Below, one piece after another: positions 28,834 through 41,781 of a stretch of 64,000 nucleotides of DNA. Under the pieces are notes generated by a model that saw only the letters and a program-made list of their open reading frames with translations, made no database searches and was not told where the DNA came from. The stretch covers positions 9,261 through 73,260 of the forward strand of contig CAXHJY010000237.1 in NCBI GenBank assembly GCA_964016885.1, written 5' to 3'. The position numbers and the translations under genes were made by a program. The stretch's first letter is position 1; the number at the start of each line of letters is the position of its first letter. Origin of the DNA: Eledone cirrhosa. Its lineage: Eukaryota.

Positions 28834-29399
28834 CGTATATACACAACTTATATGAGCATGCATATTGTTTCATTCTTGTGTGTACGTTTGTGTGTGTCTA
28901 TCCACATTCATGTGACGTCTTTTGAATGCTTTCTGTGACATAATATTTGAGTTGAGGGTGACGTGGCTTTTATCACGATACAATAACAATATTCTCTTGC
29001 TGGCTACAATAAAATCTTTAACCTTTCGGCTACATTCCAATAATAAAAGACTTTCAAGTATTGTTATTATGTAATAAATCGTATCTCGACAGTAGTATAC
29101 ATCTCAGACGATATTTAATTAAAGGGATTCAGGTGAGATGATAAAACATTTATCACATCGTATGTCATGGTGTGTATGAAGTGTATACAATACAATCAAA
29201 ATATTTTCACTTGCATATGTTTGCATGTATATATATATATATTTTTTTTTTTATATACACACATATATATACGATATACATTATATATATATATAGGGCG
29301 TGTAGATGCATATATATATATTTAGGGTTATGTGTGGATGTGTGTTCACATCTTCACTTTCTTCAAGCCATACAGAATATTATGTAAAATTTCTTTAGA

Positions 29400-30100
29400 A
29401 CAGGGAATGTAGGAACACTTTAAAGTTCTTGAAATGTGGAACTAACTTATGAAAAGGAAAGGTATTGTTGGCTCCTTTAGAGGATGAAGCAATTTGGATA
29501 AAGACTGGAGAATTGATGGCAGATAATGATTAAAATATTTATATGGGCTGGGTGAGTAAGCAGGAAAAGAGCATAGGTTTCATTGTACATAAGAATGCCT
29601 TAAAGACATGTTAAAGTGCACATCGATTTTCCAGCAGGATATGCACAAAAAGACTTGGCCTCTAAGAGATGCAGCATCTTAATCATCTGAATGTCTGTTG
29701 CAACTTGCGATTACAATCACGAAGAAGTGGATAATCGTATGAAGATCTATAAATGAAATCAAATAAGGATGAAAACAAATACCTACTTATAATTTAAAGT
29801 GGCTAGAATGCAAAAATTTGATCAGATTCTCATGATACATAGGAAGGTAGAGTTAACTATGGTTTGGAAAAAGCTAACAGCAGGGCGAAAAGATTATTTG
29901 ATTTTGCAAAACAACATAAATTTTAACACGTACAAACACATCAGAACAAAGAGTAAAGAATAATAAAGTGGTATTCACCCGGAAAGATATAGTAACCACT
30001 TTTATTCTCATACCCAAAATATTACTACTCGAATACAAATGAAACTAAATCTCTAGGTGTTCCAGGAAATTTTCTATAGGCTGTCATCAAAAACTATTAA
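29400..30100 (+). pseudogene. Decayed LINE AP-endonuclease domain (RTE-like)
   Basis: Fragments .NVGTL (like WNVRTL), YGLEKANSRAKRLFDFAKQH (like GLGERNERGERL..FC) and KWYSPG; many stops and frameshifts. Confidence 0.65.
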
Positions 30101-31277
30101 TGGTAATAATGAAAATCAATATCAAATCAGTCAAGAAAAATTCCCACTTTTACAATGCTTATTACTAGATGTATATGTTCAATGAATGGGAGTCTTTCAA
30201 GAAATCATAATGATTTCTTTATTTCTTTATTTATTAATAATAACAGTTGTTTATTGATAAGTTGAGAATCCTTGGATAGATAGATATATTTTAATCAGTT
30301 CTGATGAAAGGAAATATCTGACACAAAAATGATATGAAAACGAATCAGCAGAAATAGAATATGGATTACCCAATAGGGAAATACGGGTAGCATATGATAC
30401 ATGGGTTAAAAAATGATGTGATGAAATCAAAATTGATCATAGAATAAATATCTCAAGAAAAAATAAATAACAGATCGTTAATGATGTAACCAAAGAAGGG
30501 GTAGAGAAATGTCAATTTTTTAAAAGAAAGAATATAAATATGACGAGCTACTAACCAAGGTAAAGTAACGGAGAGACAGAGAGAGAACTGTAAGAAGGTT
30601 TACAGGTGTAGGATTATATATGTATATATCCATAACTTTTGTTGGGGAGGTAGTGTCAACATAGTGCCTGTATTAGAAATATATAGAGAGATGGAGGCGT
30701 TGTTTTCAAGTAGGATGTACCTTCAGTAATAAATGCTGGATACATACTGCTCAACATATATTCACGTCTTTCTCAAAGCAATCACCAGCTAAAGCAAAAC
30801 GGATTGACTCCAGTTACGGGGAGGAACGAATCAATACTTATTTCATGAACTCATCTTATGAAAAGCTTATCATTTGCTCTCACATCACTTGCAGCCCGTC
30901 AATTTTAGATTTAATCACATTACCATTTAAATTTTATTTTAGAAATTAAGAAGATACTGACAAGAAGCAAAAATCGATTATGCTTAAACACATGCATTTT
31001 TATTTCCTAAAATAAATGGACCGGACGACCGAACTATGTTCTTTGCAATTATACCGTAAAACAAATAAATAAAAACTGATACAGATGCTCTTTACTTTCA
31101 CTTTTGAAGTTGCCTTTAATCTAATAAACTGGCTGAGTTTAGCGGTAATTTAAATATTACCCAAAGATAATATCATCATTCCGTTTACGTCACTCATGGG
31201 ATGCTAGAAATTCTTCATTTTGCTTTCTCGTTCATTCTCTGTCTCTGTCACCTCCCTCTGTCTCTCTCTCTAAATAT

Positions 31278-31310
<33 letters not shown>

Positions 31311-31315
31311 ATTGA

Positions 31316-31368
<53 letters not shown>

Positions 31369-34122
31369 GTGTTATCTCTATATCTTTCTTCTCTATATAT
31401 GTGTGTCTGTGTATGTCTGTAGCTATTTGCATTTGTGTGCGTCTGTGTTTATGTGTGTGCCCCCGTCTGTATATGCAGATATGTATGTGTATATGTGTGT
31501 GTGTAGCTCTCTGGCTTTCATTATGTCTTTCATGTTCATCTCGTTATCTAGCAATCGCCATTTCCTTCATGTTGTAACCTATATTTATTTGTTTACTTCT
31601 TTATGCCGTTACCTGGTTAGTTGGCTGGATGGCTGGTCTGCTGGTTGGTAGGCTGGATGACTGGTCTGTTGCATGGTTGGTTGGTTGACTCTCATATACT
31701 GTTTATTTTGTTTCATATTTTCATTAGCATTCAGCAACATTTTGTTGCCTTTTAAATACTGTATGTTTATATATATATATTTGTTTCATTTGCTGCTATC
31801 TTTGATCTCTCGGTTGGAATAATTATTGAATAAGATATAATGTACAAAATCTTTACAGTAGAAGATGTTTGAAGTTACATCAACGTCGCTGGTTTACAAC
31901 AGCAACAACAGCAACAATAATGCTGCTCCTAATAATAATAATTTAGTATATATTTAATGCATTTATGACTGGAAATTTTAATTAGATACCTCACTGTGGA
32001 AAAACAAATGTGTAACCCTACATTCTAATATTCCCTGATAAAAGTCGATGTCTACCTCAGCAAGAGTCAGAATCAGAACGTAATGCCCCAAGCTATGTTG
32101 TCTGACACAGTAAAAGGACTAAAAACTACCAAACAAAATAAAGGTGAAATCATCATAAAACCAGTAGAAAGTGACAAAACTAAGAGAATTTCAATAACAG
32201 AAGACTTGGGAGAACAATTCATATATATATATTCACAAATTATTCTCCTAATCAAAGGTTACAAAGGTTCCTTCTTTCTCTCTCTCTGTCTTTTCTGCAT
32301 CCTGTTTACTGAATACTGATGAAAATATGAAACAAAATAAACACACACTCACTCTCTCTGGAAGAAATCGGCTTTTACCCGACCTGGAGATGGATGGATT
32401 GTACCAGATTTAAAATACTAAAAAATACATGACATGTCAAAGGTTTAGGGCTTATTAGCATTTCTTTTACACCGAGCTAGCCCGACAGTTCCTTGTGATT
32501 TGCAATATTGAGAATGTATTAAGCAACAACGTCATTCTTCAAAACTTGCAATATAAAATATACATAAATAAATACATTAAAAAATATGTAAATATATTTA
32601 AAGAAACTAAAGAAGTGAAACATCAGTCTCAGAAACGATAGATCTCTTACCATCTTTTCAGACCCCACCACCACACGTCAATCTCCCCCCACCCCTCACA
32701 GTAATAAAAAAAAATGGAGTTAAATAATTCAAATAAATATAGTGGAGCAGAGATACCAGAAGAGATATCAGCTTTAAGTAGATTACATTCTTGATTGACA
32801 TATACCAATTATTGATACTCCTGTATTGGACAGAGAGCAAAGAGTAATGCTATTATCGGTAACAAACCACCTCCTCACTCTTCAAACAACAACAAAATAA
32901 TGCTAATGTGAACACGAAAAAAAAAAAGAACATACACAAAAAACTCTGTTACACTAATAACTACAAACGGCAACAACAACAACATTAACATAAACATCAA
33001 ATGATTTAATGAAAAACAATTAATAGCAAGAAAATGAGAATATTAAAACCACAATGAAAATGACAAAATTCGACGATGTAAAGAACAAAAGCTTCATTAT
33101 CATCATCATCACCATCGTCATCATCATCATCATTCAGACTTCAAATTAAAATAAAATAAAGATGAGACGAAAATCAATTCCTAAAGTTATGTGAAAGACT
33201 AAATTTATAACTACAACAACTACTACTACTTTGAACTACGACCACTTGTGTTGGGTGGTTAGCTGTCAGTTGTTAATCGGCTATGCTCTTCAAATATCAT
33301 TATGAAATATTTAACCTTAATTTCAAATATGACATTGTAAAGTTTCACCTTAGCTACACACCATCCCATATAAGATGGCAGTAAGATTATTGTCTTAAAC
33401 TAGTCTTCATTGACACATAAATCTACTCCATATATTTTGCCCTTCTCATTCTTTGGCATCATATATGGAATTCTCTCACATTCTTAATATACCTTAAGAT
33501 TTCCGACGAAGAAAGATTGTCAGCCTTCTTGGATGGCATTTTTGCTGCCCCTAGCTCATCTTATAGTCGTTCAGGATATTGTGCTTACAGACACTTCTGT
33601 TGCGATGCGGTGTAGTGGAGGTGTTTTTACCGTGGTGGAGACAGACACTTCTGCTGTGATGGCGGTGTAGTGGAGTTTGGTTCTACTACTCCAATTGCTG
33701 ACAGGGCCAGGCGTGATGATGGCGGTGCTCTTAACCACACTGTTGTTTATGGGGTTATTTTCATAGCCAAATATTGACCTAGAATTGGGAAGCTCTGATT
33801 TTTAACAGTGAAAGGGAATTCTATCTCAATTCCCTCGTCCATCTCCTCCTCTTTAAATGCATTTTTACTAGTTCATCTCCCCTTCTCACCATACGAATTC
33901 ACTTCATATATTTGATAAAGTTTCAACATAATTTCAGAGGAAATATGTTTAATTGCTTGGGCGTTTATAGGGACTTTAAAAACAAAATATCAACATGCCA
34001 CTCCTCACGGTCATTTCCGTAACAAGAAATGCAGCAAAAACTTAATACAAAACATCCCTGAAAGGTCAAACTAATAAATCGTTTTCAAACATAAGGTGTG
34101 GTAAAACAGTTGATAATCAATA

Positions 34123-34240
34123 ATAGAGGTAAGCAATGATAGTGGTAAGTAATGATAGTGGTAAGTAATGATAGTGGTAAGTAATGATAGAGGTAAGTAA
34201 TGATAGTGGTAAGTAATGATAGAGGTAAGTAATGATAGTG
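34123..34240. repeat. 16-bp minisatellite ATAG(T/A)GGTAAGTAATG, 7 units plus a partial
   Basis: Units start at 34123, 34139, 34155, 34171, 34187, 34203, 34219 and 34235. Confidence 0.95.
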
Positions 34241-37200
34241 TTATGGGTCGATGGATCGATGGAACGGTAAATGGTTGTGGTCGCCTTTTTTCAAATACGC
34301 TTTTCCACAGCTCATTTTCCAAACATAGTTGCAGTCTTTGGTGAAAAAAAAGGACCATGACAAGGAGACTAGTCCCTCAAATATTGCCAGGGAATATCAG
34401 TCGGACACTGTGATTGATGAAAGTTCCACATAAGTTACCTATAGTGCCGGGGAAAGGTGAGGACATTCTCTGGTAAGTCTCAGGTGTCGAGGAAATTGAC
34501 CTGGCTGGACTGTTCCGAAGGACTTTCAGTTTAGGGAAAATGGATACTTCTGAGAAATTATGTGTATCACGTTGAATCTCCCTGAGAAATAGGTCACAAG
34601 AATACATGTCTGTGGAATGATCACTCACTTGCAAGTTAATTTCATGAGGAGGCTGGTTCTGTTGATCAAATCATCTGGAAGAGTGATCGTTGTAACTGAC
34701 GGAGTGACAGTTTACTGGGGGAGGGAGGGGGGGGGGCTATGTTTTGGATAATTTAGTGCGGAGAGGCTGCTCGCTGTTGTTGATGGTGGTGGTCATGATG
34801 ATGATGATGATGATGAGGAGGAGGAGGATGGAATGATTACTATATATTGTGAGGGTGCTGACGAAAAAGATGATCTCGATAAAGGTGAAGACGGTGATGA
34901 TAACGATGATGTGGTGCAGGTGATGGTGGTGGTGATAAGGATGAGGTCATGATCTTGTTAATGATGAAGTGATTGTGATGACGATAATAAGAGTGATGAT
35001 GATGGCGATAAGGATGAGAGCGATGTTGATGTTGTTGTAGATGTAGCGGTAACGTAGGAAATGTCAAGACTTGACATTTTAAAGATAGAGGAGGCGGTGG
35101 GGAGATATTGTATTATGAGAAGAAGGAAAGAAAGAAAAAGAAGATGATGAGGAAAAAGGAAAAGAAGAAAATATGCATAAATGAAAGAACTCATCAACAA
35201 CAACATTGGGACTTCAAATGAAATAAGGTAACAACAAAAATATAAATACCTGGTGGTGATGATGGTGGTGGGGCCCTCAAAATCCTGTAAAATTATTATT
35301 AAAGTTTCTCTGAGGATTCTGTCAGATTCTGCATTTCATTTTTTAATATTTCCAAATATATCTGTTTGGACCAGGGCTGGATTTAATGGGGGGCAGGGGG
35401 CTAACTAATATAACAGTCCATGTTATGTATATACCTCACAACAGTCCATATCATATGTAAATAACATAGACCACATAACAATATAACAGTCCATGTTATA
35501 TATACCACACAACAGGGATGACCAAACTTCTGTTGTTGCAGGAGAAATTTGCATAAAACTGATGAAAACCTGACAACAATCATAATATTTCTTGTTGCTG
35601 TTGTTGTCTTTGTATGTGTTGTTATTATTGTTGTTGTTGTTATTATTGCTGTTGTTTTTATTATTGCTGTTGTTTTTGTATTTTTGTTGTTGTTGTTATT
35701 ACAGCTGAGGATTACATATTATGAGGATTTATTATTATGTTATTTTATTGTTATTATTTATCGTATCTTTTTAATCAAATGTTTCAATAATTGTAGATAT
35801 AAGTGAAGTAAAAAAAATATTCCGTTTGAGATTTCATGAAAGAACTTCTTTCATTTAAATTGTTGATACAGAAAGAAATGTATTAGCTAAAACAATTTTA
35901 ATGTAAGGATAAATAGTAAGAGAAACAAAGACGAGGAGGAGGAGGGGAAGGGGGGGAGAAGGAGGAGATAAGAATAAAAATAATCTGCTGCTGCTGATGT
36001 AGTTCATACAGTTTGTATGAGACCGATATATGATTGATGGTATGGTGGAAAATAAGGATATATGTATATAAATATATACAAATACACATAAATACGCACA
36101 CACAAATCATATATATATATATGGAGTTATATACACACACACATACATGACTGTGTACAGGCGTTCTAATGATGTTTTTGAAGCTATTTTCTTTGACATT
36201 CGACTGGTTTCATCTTTTCATTTTAGAATTAAATGTCATAAAATAAATATCCAACATGTATTCAGGATAACAGTGAAAAGTATCTGTGTTCCTCATCTCC
36301 CGTATTAAGACCCAGCATATCTGAATAGTTAAGGAGTTTTCTTTGTAATCATGAGTGGAGGAGGAAAAGGGGTATATAAATCCATCAAATGTATGTTTAT
36401 TTGGTTGTTTGAATGATATACATGCCTGCTGATGAGGGTCTAATTATATCCAGAAATCAATTAAACGTGTTTCTTATTTTCTCAATTTACAGGGAAATTG
36501 ATGCAGTCCCAGTTACACAATCTGTATTTATACAGATGTAGATTTATATAGTTGTTATTTAGCCCATACAAAGGCTACCTTTAATTTTCTCCTCATAGAC
36601 ACAATCACAGAGGTGCTTCTACACATAAGCCTTTAGTTGACAACAATGCTGTGTACTACGGACGGAGATCGAATCAAAACCACCCTAATTAGAAAGCAAA
36701 CTTTATAACGAAAACTTATCGAATTTACGAAATAAACTCAATAGAGGATGATACGAATGGATAATATCCCGATCCTCATTCGCTTACTAAATGGGGTGGA
36801 ATTTCCATTGGTCTTTCCAATCGCTAATACTATCTACCGGTTGCAACTCCTGCCAGAAGGAGCAATGTGAAATAAAGTATTTCTCCTCAAGAACAAAACA
36901 CTTCACTCGGTCCGGGAATTGAGCTCACAACCTCACGATTGTGAATCCACTGAACAATGCATTTTCACAAAGTCAATAGAACTCTATTTAAAGAATGTTT
37001 GTTTTTATTAAAGTACCATACAATTGAAGTGAAGCAAGAAGATACAAACAATTATGGTCTGAAAAAATTATGGAAAAGTTTAATTTATCGTTTTAGATTG
37101 ATTTCCTCGGTGAGTATTAAATAAATGAATCAATTTTCAGAAACATTGAGAAAATGAAATTAAATAACTTTAAGAAATAAAAAAAAAAAAAAAAATATAA

Positions 37201-37664
37201 AATAGAGGATGAATATCCATGCAAGATAGAAAATAAAAATAATAAAATGGTATTGAAAGTTTGGTGTATTGAGGGGGGGGGGGGGCATTAGGAATCATTT
37301 ATGAGGGAATGAGGGAATCATAAAATGAAATAAACATGTCAAACAAAACAATCAACCAACCAATCAACCAATCAAACACCACATACAAAACAAAGCAAAG
37401 TGACTAACAATAAAAACTACTGCTAAATAGATAGGAATGAGATGAAATGGTATTTCCTTATTAAATGAAAAAAATCATTGATCTGCTATCGAAGAAATTA
37501 ATGTTCAATACCAAAGCAATGTTGGATGTGATATTGTGAAGCGTTTCTTCTGACAGTGAAACAATTGTATGCCAAACCATTTATGAACGGCGAGAGGATT
37601 CCACGTGATATCTCTTGAAATGTTCTGTGCTGAAGTACTGTATCTAAATGGTCAGACATTACAA

Positions 37665-37717
<53 letters not shown>

Positions 37718-37807
37718 TGTATGTATGTGTATTGTGACGCCAAGAGTTGTCTTACAATAAATAGTAAAGAGCAAAGATTTAATGTTGTATGAATATATAT
37801 ATATATG

Positions 37808-38256
37808 GAATTCACAAGAATCAAAGCTATGTTCAAAGCATTTATTCACTTACCATTGTTTCATCCAAACCTAGGCTTGGAGTCTTCGGAGCATTTTTCA
37901 ATGTTTGTACACATAATTGACTTCCTTTCCAACGCAAGAGACTGAGATCTGACTATCAAATGACTATCAAACTATCCTTCTGCATTATCTGTGTTATCTG
38001 CCGAATGTATTTTAATTTTGATTTTGATTTTGATCTGGAATTTGAATTGCTGTACAAAAATAGTATAGTATAATATATGTCACTCCACTGTACATCAATA
38101 TATATATATATGTATCTGTATGTCTCTTGCATTAGAAAGGAGGTCAATTATGTGTACAAACATTGAAAAATGCTCCGAAGACTCCAAGCCTAGGTTTGGA
38201 TGAAACAATGGTAAGTAAATAAATGCTTTGAACATAGCTTTGATTCTTGTGAATTC
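37808..38256. mobile_element. Fold-back element with 135-bp arms and an HHR-like motif in each arm (putative inverted PLE pLTR pair)
   Basis: 37808-37942 and 38122-38256 are reverse complements with few mismatches; 179-bp spacer; TA-rich flanks. Confidence 0.8.
38171..38217 (+). ncRNA. Variant/degenerate minimal type-I hammerhead
   Basis: TGCT-CCGAAGA-cTCCAA gcctaggt TTGGAt-GAAAC aatg GTA-AGTA; U4C core change and a mismatch at the base of stem II; mirror copy on the minus strand ~37847-37893. Confidence 0.5.
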
Positions 38257-38460
38257 TATATAACTGCTCTGTAGAACAACTGATGTTATTACATTGAGCT
38301 ATTTATCTTACTGGTAATAAGGTAGTAATAAATTACTGACCTTCACTGTTTAGGGTTTAAAATATACATAACTATAAAAAGTTTAATATATACATAACCA
38401 TAAATAGTATCCTTAATATTATATATATGTGTATGAATATATATATATATATATATATAT

Positions 38461-38547
38461 ATAGGAACAAGTAAGACCCCGACGGCTGAGCTCAAGCCGT
38501 TTCGACGGCTAATTCTGGACTGGGGGGGGGGTCTTACTTGTTCCTAT
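38461..38547. repeat. 87-bp fold-back with perfect 20-bp arms
   Basis: ATAGGAACAAGTAAGACCCC / GGGGTCTTACTTGTTCCTAT; internal AGCCGT-TTCG-ACGGCT hairpin. Confidence 0.9.
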
Positions 38548-38624
38548 TACCCACTCTTCTACCCTAAGTATTGAGTACTTTGGTGCGTTATGGTCCACCT
38601 GGTTCCTTACCACATTTCCTTCGT

Positions 38625-38679
<55 letters not shown>

Positions 38680-38891
38680 GGGTTCTATCCAATCGATTCA
38701 CCTACTTATCTTGCAATTCATTAATCTGTACGCCTGTAAATCATTTTATCTTCCATTTCATCAATTAAGAAGCACATTCTCATCCACCATCCCTCTTCTT
38801 CTCTTACATTCTCTCTCACTCTTTATATATATATATATATATATTATAAATAACAGGAGGCTGGACTGGTGTAATTTCTTAAAGGTTTATT

Positions 38892-38949
38892 ATACTATGA
38901 ACATTTCAATGCCCGGGTTCAGTATGAATCCGGTGATATCATCAGGTAT
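38892..38949 (-). ncRNA. Minimal type-I hammerhead ribozyme (left arm)
   Basis: Reverse complement: ATAC-CTGATGA-TATC..stem II..GGCAtt-GAAA-TGttCA-TA-GTAT; one substitution weakens stem II relative to the right-arm copy. Confidence 0.6.
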
Positions 38950-39120
38950 TCGAAAGTTAACAAAGGAATATAATGGACACAATCCATGGGGCTGAAAAGA
39001 CAGAGAGACAAAAAGGCAGCCGACCGGACTAGAAACTGCTAAATGTTTGGCCGCTGTCTTGTCTCTCTGCCTTTTCAGCCCCATGGATTGTGTCCATTAT
39101 ATTCCTTTGTTAACTTTCGA

Positions 39121-39178
39121 ATACCTGATGATGTCACCGGATTCATACTGAACCCGGGCATTGAAATGTTCATAGTAT
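39121..39178 (+). ncRNA. Minimal type-I hammerhead ribozyme (right arm)
   Basis: Stem I ATAC/GTAT; core CTGATGA 39125-31; stem II TGTC a CCGG aTTCA tac TGAA c CCG GGCA; GAAA 39163-66; short stem III; predicted cleavage after AUA (39174). Confidence 0.7.
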
Positions 39179-40941
39179 AATAAACCTTTAGGAATTACAC
39201 AAGTCTAGCCTCCTGTTATTTTATAATAATTAACTCTGTACTCGTACCACGAACACAAACGAAGACGGGTGAGCTGCATTACGTCGAGTGCTCTCCCTAA
39301 TATTACATCAAGGTTGACTATACGGAATGACCAGCTCTATCCAGTGGTGAACCAACAAACCTAAATGAATATATATATATATATTTATTTATTTATACAT
39401 GCATATATGTATATATATATGTGTATGAATAGATTGGGGGCGATAGATAGATAGCTATGTATCTCTCTCTCTCTCTATATATATATATAAATACATACAT
39501 ACACACACATATATATATACACACTCACAGGAAAAGTTTGACATTTTCAAATTTGCAGCAATTCTCCAACTAATAGATTAAACTCGCCTTGGAATACATA
39601 ACGTCTAAAAATAATAAACGATACAATTCTATTACTATCAATTTTGGGGGAGAATATAGAATATAGAAAATACAGTTTGTGCATAGATTTAATATGTAAA
39701 GCCAATCCGACAAAGAAATGAACAGCTTTAAGTCCTTTTAGGATTCATTTGCGAGGACTATTTATATATAGCTTGCAATACCAAGTGTTCAAAATATATT
39801 GAAATAAATATAATGTAGTGACAGTGATTGTAGATATCAGAAGTATAGCTGGAGGCTCCAATGGAGTGTTCGGGATTCTAAATATAAATTTTCTCTAGAG
39901 AGTGTGTGTGTGTTTATATATATATTTACATATATATTACATTATTTATGTTCATACACGGAACAAAAGCGCTACCTAACGTTTCAAGGTCCAAATTTGA
40001 CCAAACCTCCAGACTGTATGAGGAATTAAAACTGTGGCCTAATCTCAGGCACTTGTCTAAGCGGGCTGAGAAGAAAAATAATGGAATTGGAAATGTGAAA
40101 ATGGAAAGAAAATAAAGTAGAAAGTCGGTTAAAGTAGGAATAAAAGAAGAATGAAATGAAGGGTCATTAAGAACCTTGAGTAGTTATAGGAATGAAGGAA
40201 GAGGTGGGAGGGTATGCAGAATTTTCGCTAAGACAGAATAACTAAACGTTGAAGTTAATGAATAGAACTAATGACCAAAAATGTTAATTAACGTATTTCT
40301 ATTTTATTTTAGATTAAAAATGTTAAAATCACAAAACAAAATACCACCCATTTTTTAAATTACATTTTTTTTTTAATTTTTGATTTTTCGATTTTTGTGT
40401 AATTACGGGTTGTTTGATTAATTAGATGTTTTCACTTTTTAAACTCTTAATTTTAGAAAATCCTGAAATCCTTAGATGTGGCAGAACTATTCGATTTCTG
40501 GACAAAAGAAAATAACATTTCTTTCTGATATTGTCAGCGTTTTCGAAGAGTTAAATGCTACAGGACCAAGTCCAAAAATCTCTCTACTTTCATCTATCAT
40601 CCCTTACTCTAGAGTTGACTATGGCCAAAGATGCGATTAACAGTCGTATATTCATTACGTTTATAGTGTCAATATGGTTTCTTTTTCTGCTGCTAAATCA
40701 AATAACAATAAACACCACTAGCGGCTTTAAAAATTTGTGAAATTTTATATATCTGTAGAGGAAGGGATTACATTGTGTGTGTGTATGTATATGTGTATGT
40801 ATATATATATATATATATTAGAAAGATCGAGTATCGAAAAATCGGCGCACGAGTTCACGATAAACAAAATTCGAAATGAGCGGCAGAGGGCTCAATAATT
40901 CAGATGAATCAGAGCTAAAACTATCGTTAAAATACCGTCAC

Positions 40942-41161
40942 ATATAGAACAAGTCTACAATCAACCATACGATAAAAAATCGATAATAGAAGATTCGGGA
41001 CAAACAGATAAAAAATATCAATAAAACAATACATCAATAATTTAAATGAATGTAAAATCAAATTATTGATGTATTGTTTTATTGATATTTTTTATCTGTT
41101 TGTCCCGAATCTTCTATTATCGATTTTTTATCGTATGGTTGATTGTAGACTTGTTCTATAT
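40942..41161. repeat. Perfect inverted repeat, 102-bp arms, 16-bp loop
   Basis: 40942-41043 is the exact reverse complement of 41060-41161 by base-by-base reading. Confidence 0.95.
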
Positions 41162-41178
41162 ATATATACACAGATACG

Positions 41179-41222
<44 letters not shown>

Positions 41223-41231
41223 TATACACAC

Positions 41232-41281
<50 letters not shown>

Positions 41282-41385
41282 GTTTTATTGATAGCACACT
41301 GTATCTCTCTCTAGTGTGTTACCTTTTCAACATATTGTATTTTAAAGAGCTCAGGATTTCCTCTCCTTTGAGCACATTATTTACG

Positions 41386-41571
41386 GTGGATTGGCAGTAT
41401 CGGTAGAGGGTCAGACGCCATGCTTTCCAGCATAGTTACATCCCTTTACGATCTGAGTTCAAATCCCGCCGAGGTTGACTTTGCCTTTCATCCTTACGGG
41501 GTCGATAAAATAAAGTACCAGTAATGCACTGGGTAATTGCTGGCCTTGTGCCTAAAGTAGAAACAATTATT
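41386..41571 (+). mobile_element. Family-A tRNA-SINE, full length
   Basis: A box TGGCAGTATCGG, B box GAGTTCAAATCC, central GCCTTTCATCCTTACGGGGTCGATAAAATAAAGTACCAG (resembles, from memory, the Meta-SINE domain), ATT tail. Confidence 0.9.
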
Positions 41572-41660
41572 TACAGGGAATGGCGAGAGTCTATGGCTCC
41601 GTTAATTTATCGTGATATATATATAAATATATATATATACACATACACACACATATGTAA

Positions 41661-41705
<45 letters not shown>

Positions 41706-41746
41706 TACACACACACATCTATATATATATATATATACACACAAAT

Positions 41747-41781
<35 letters not shown>

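Larger units (their letters stand above)
38842..39227. mobile_element. Fold-back element with ~170-bp arms and a hammerhead in each arm (putative inverted PLE pLTR pair)
   Basis: 38842-39011 and 39059-39227 are reverse complements with few mismatches; ~47-bp spacer; starts at a (TA)n run. Confidence 0.85.

Noticed and set aside
34123-34240. CRISPR-like regular repeat
   Set aside because: Contiguous tandem units with no spacers, no cas genes and a eukaryotic context.
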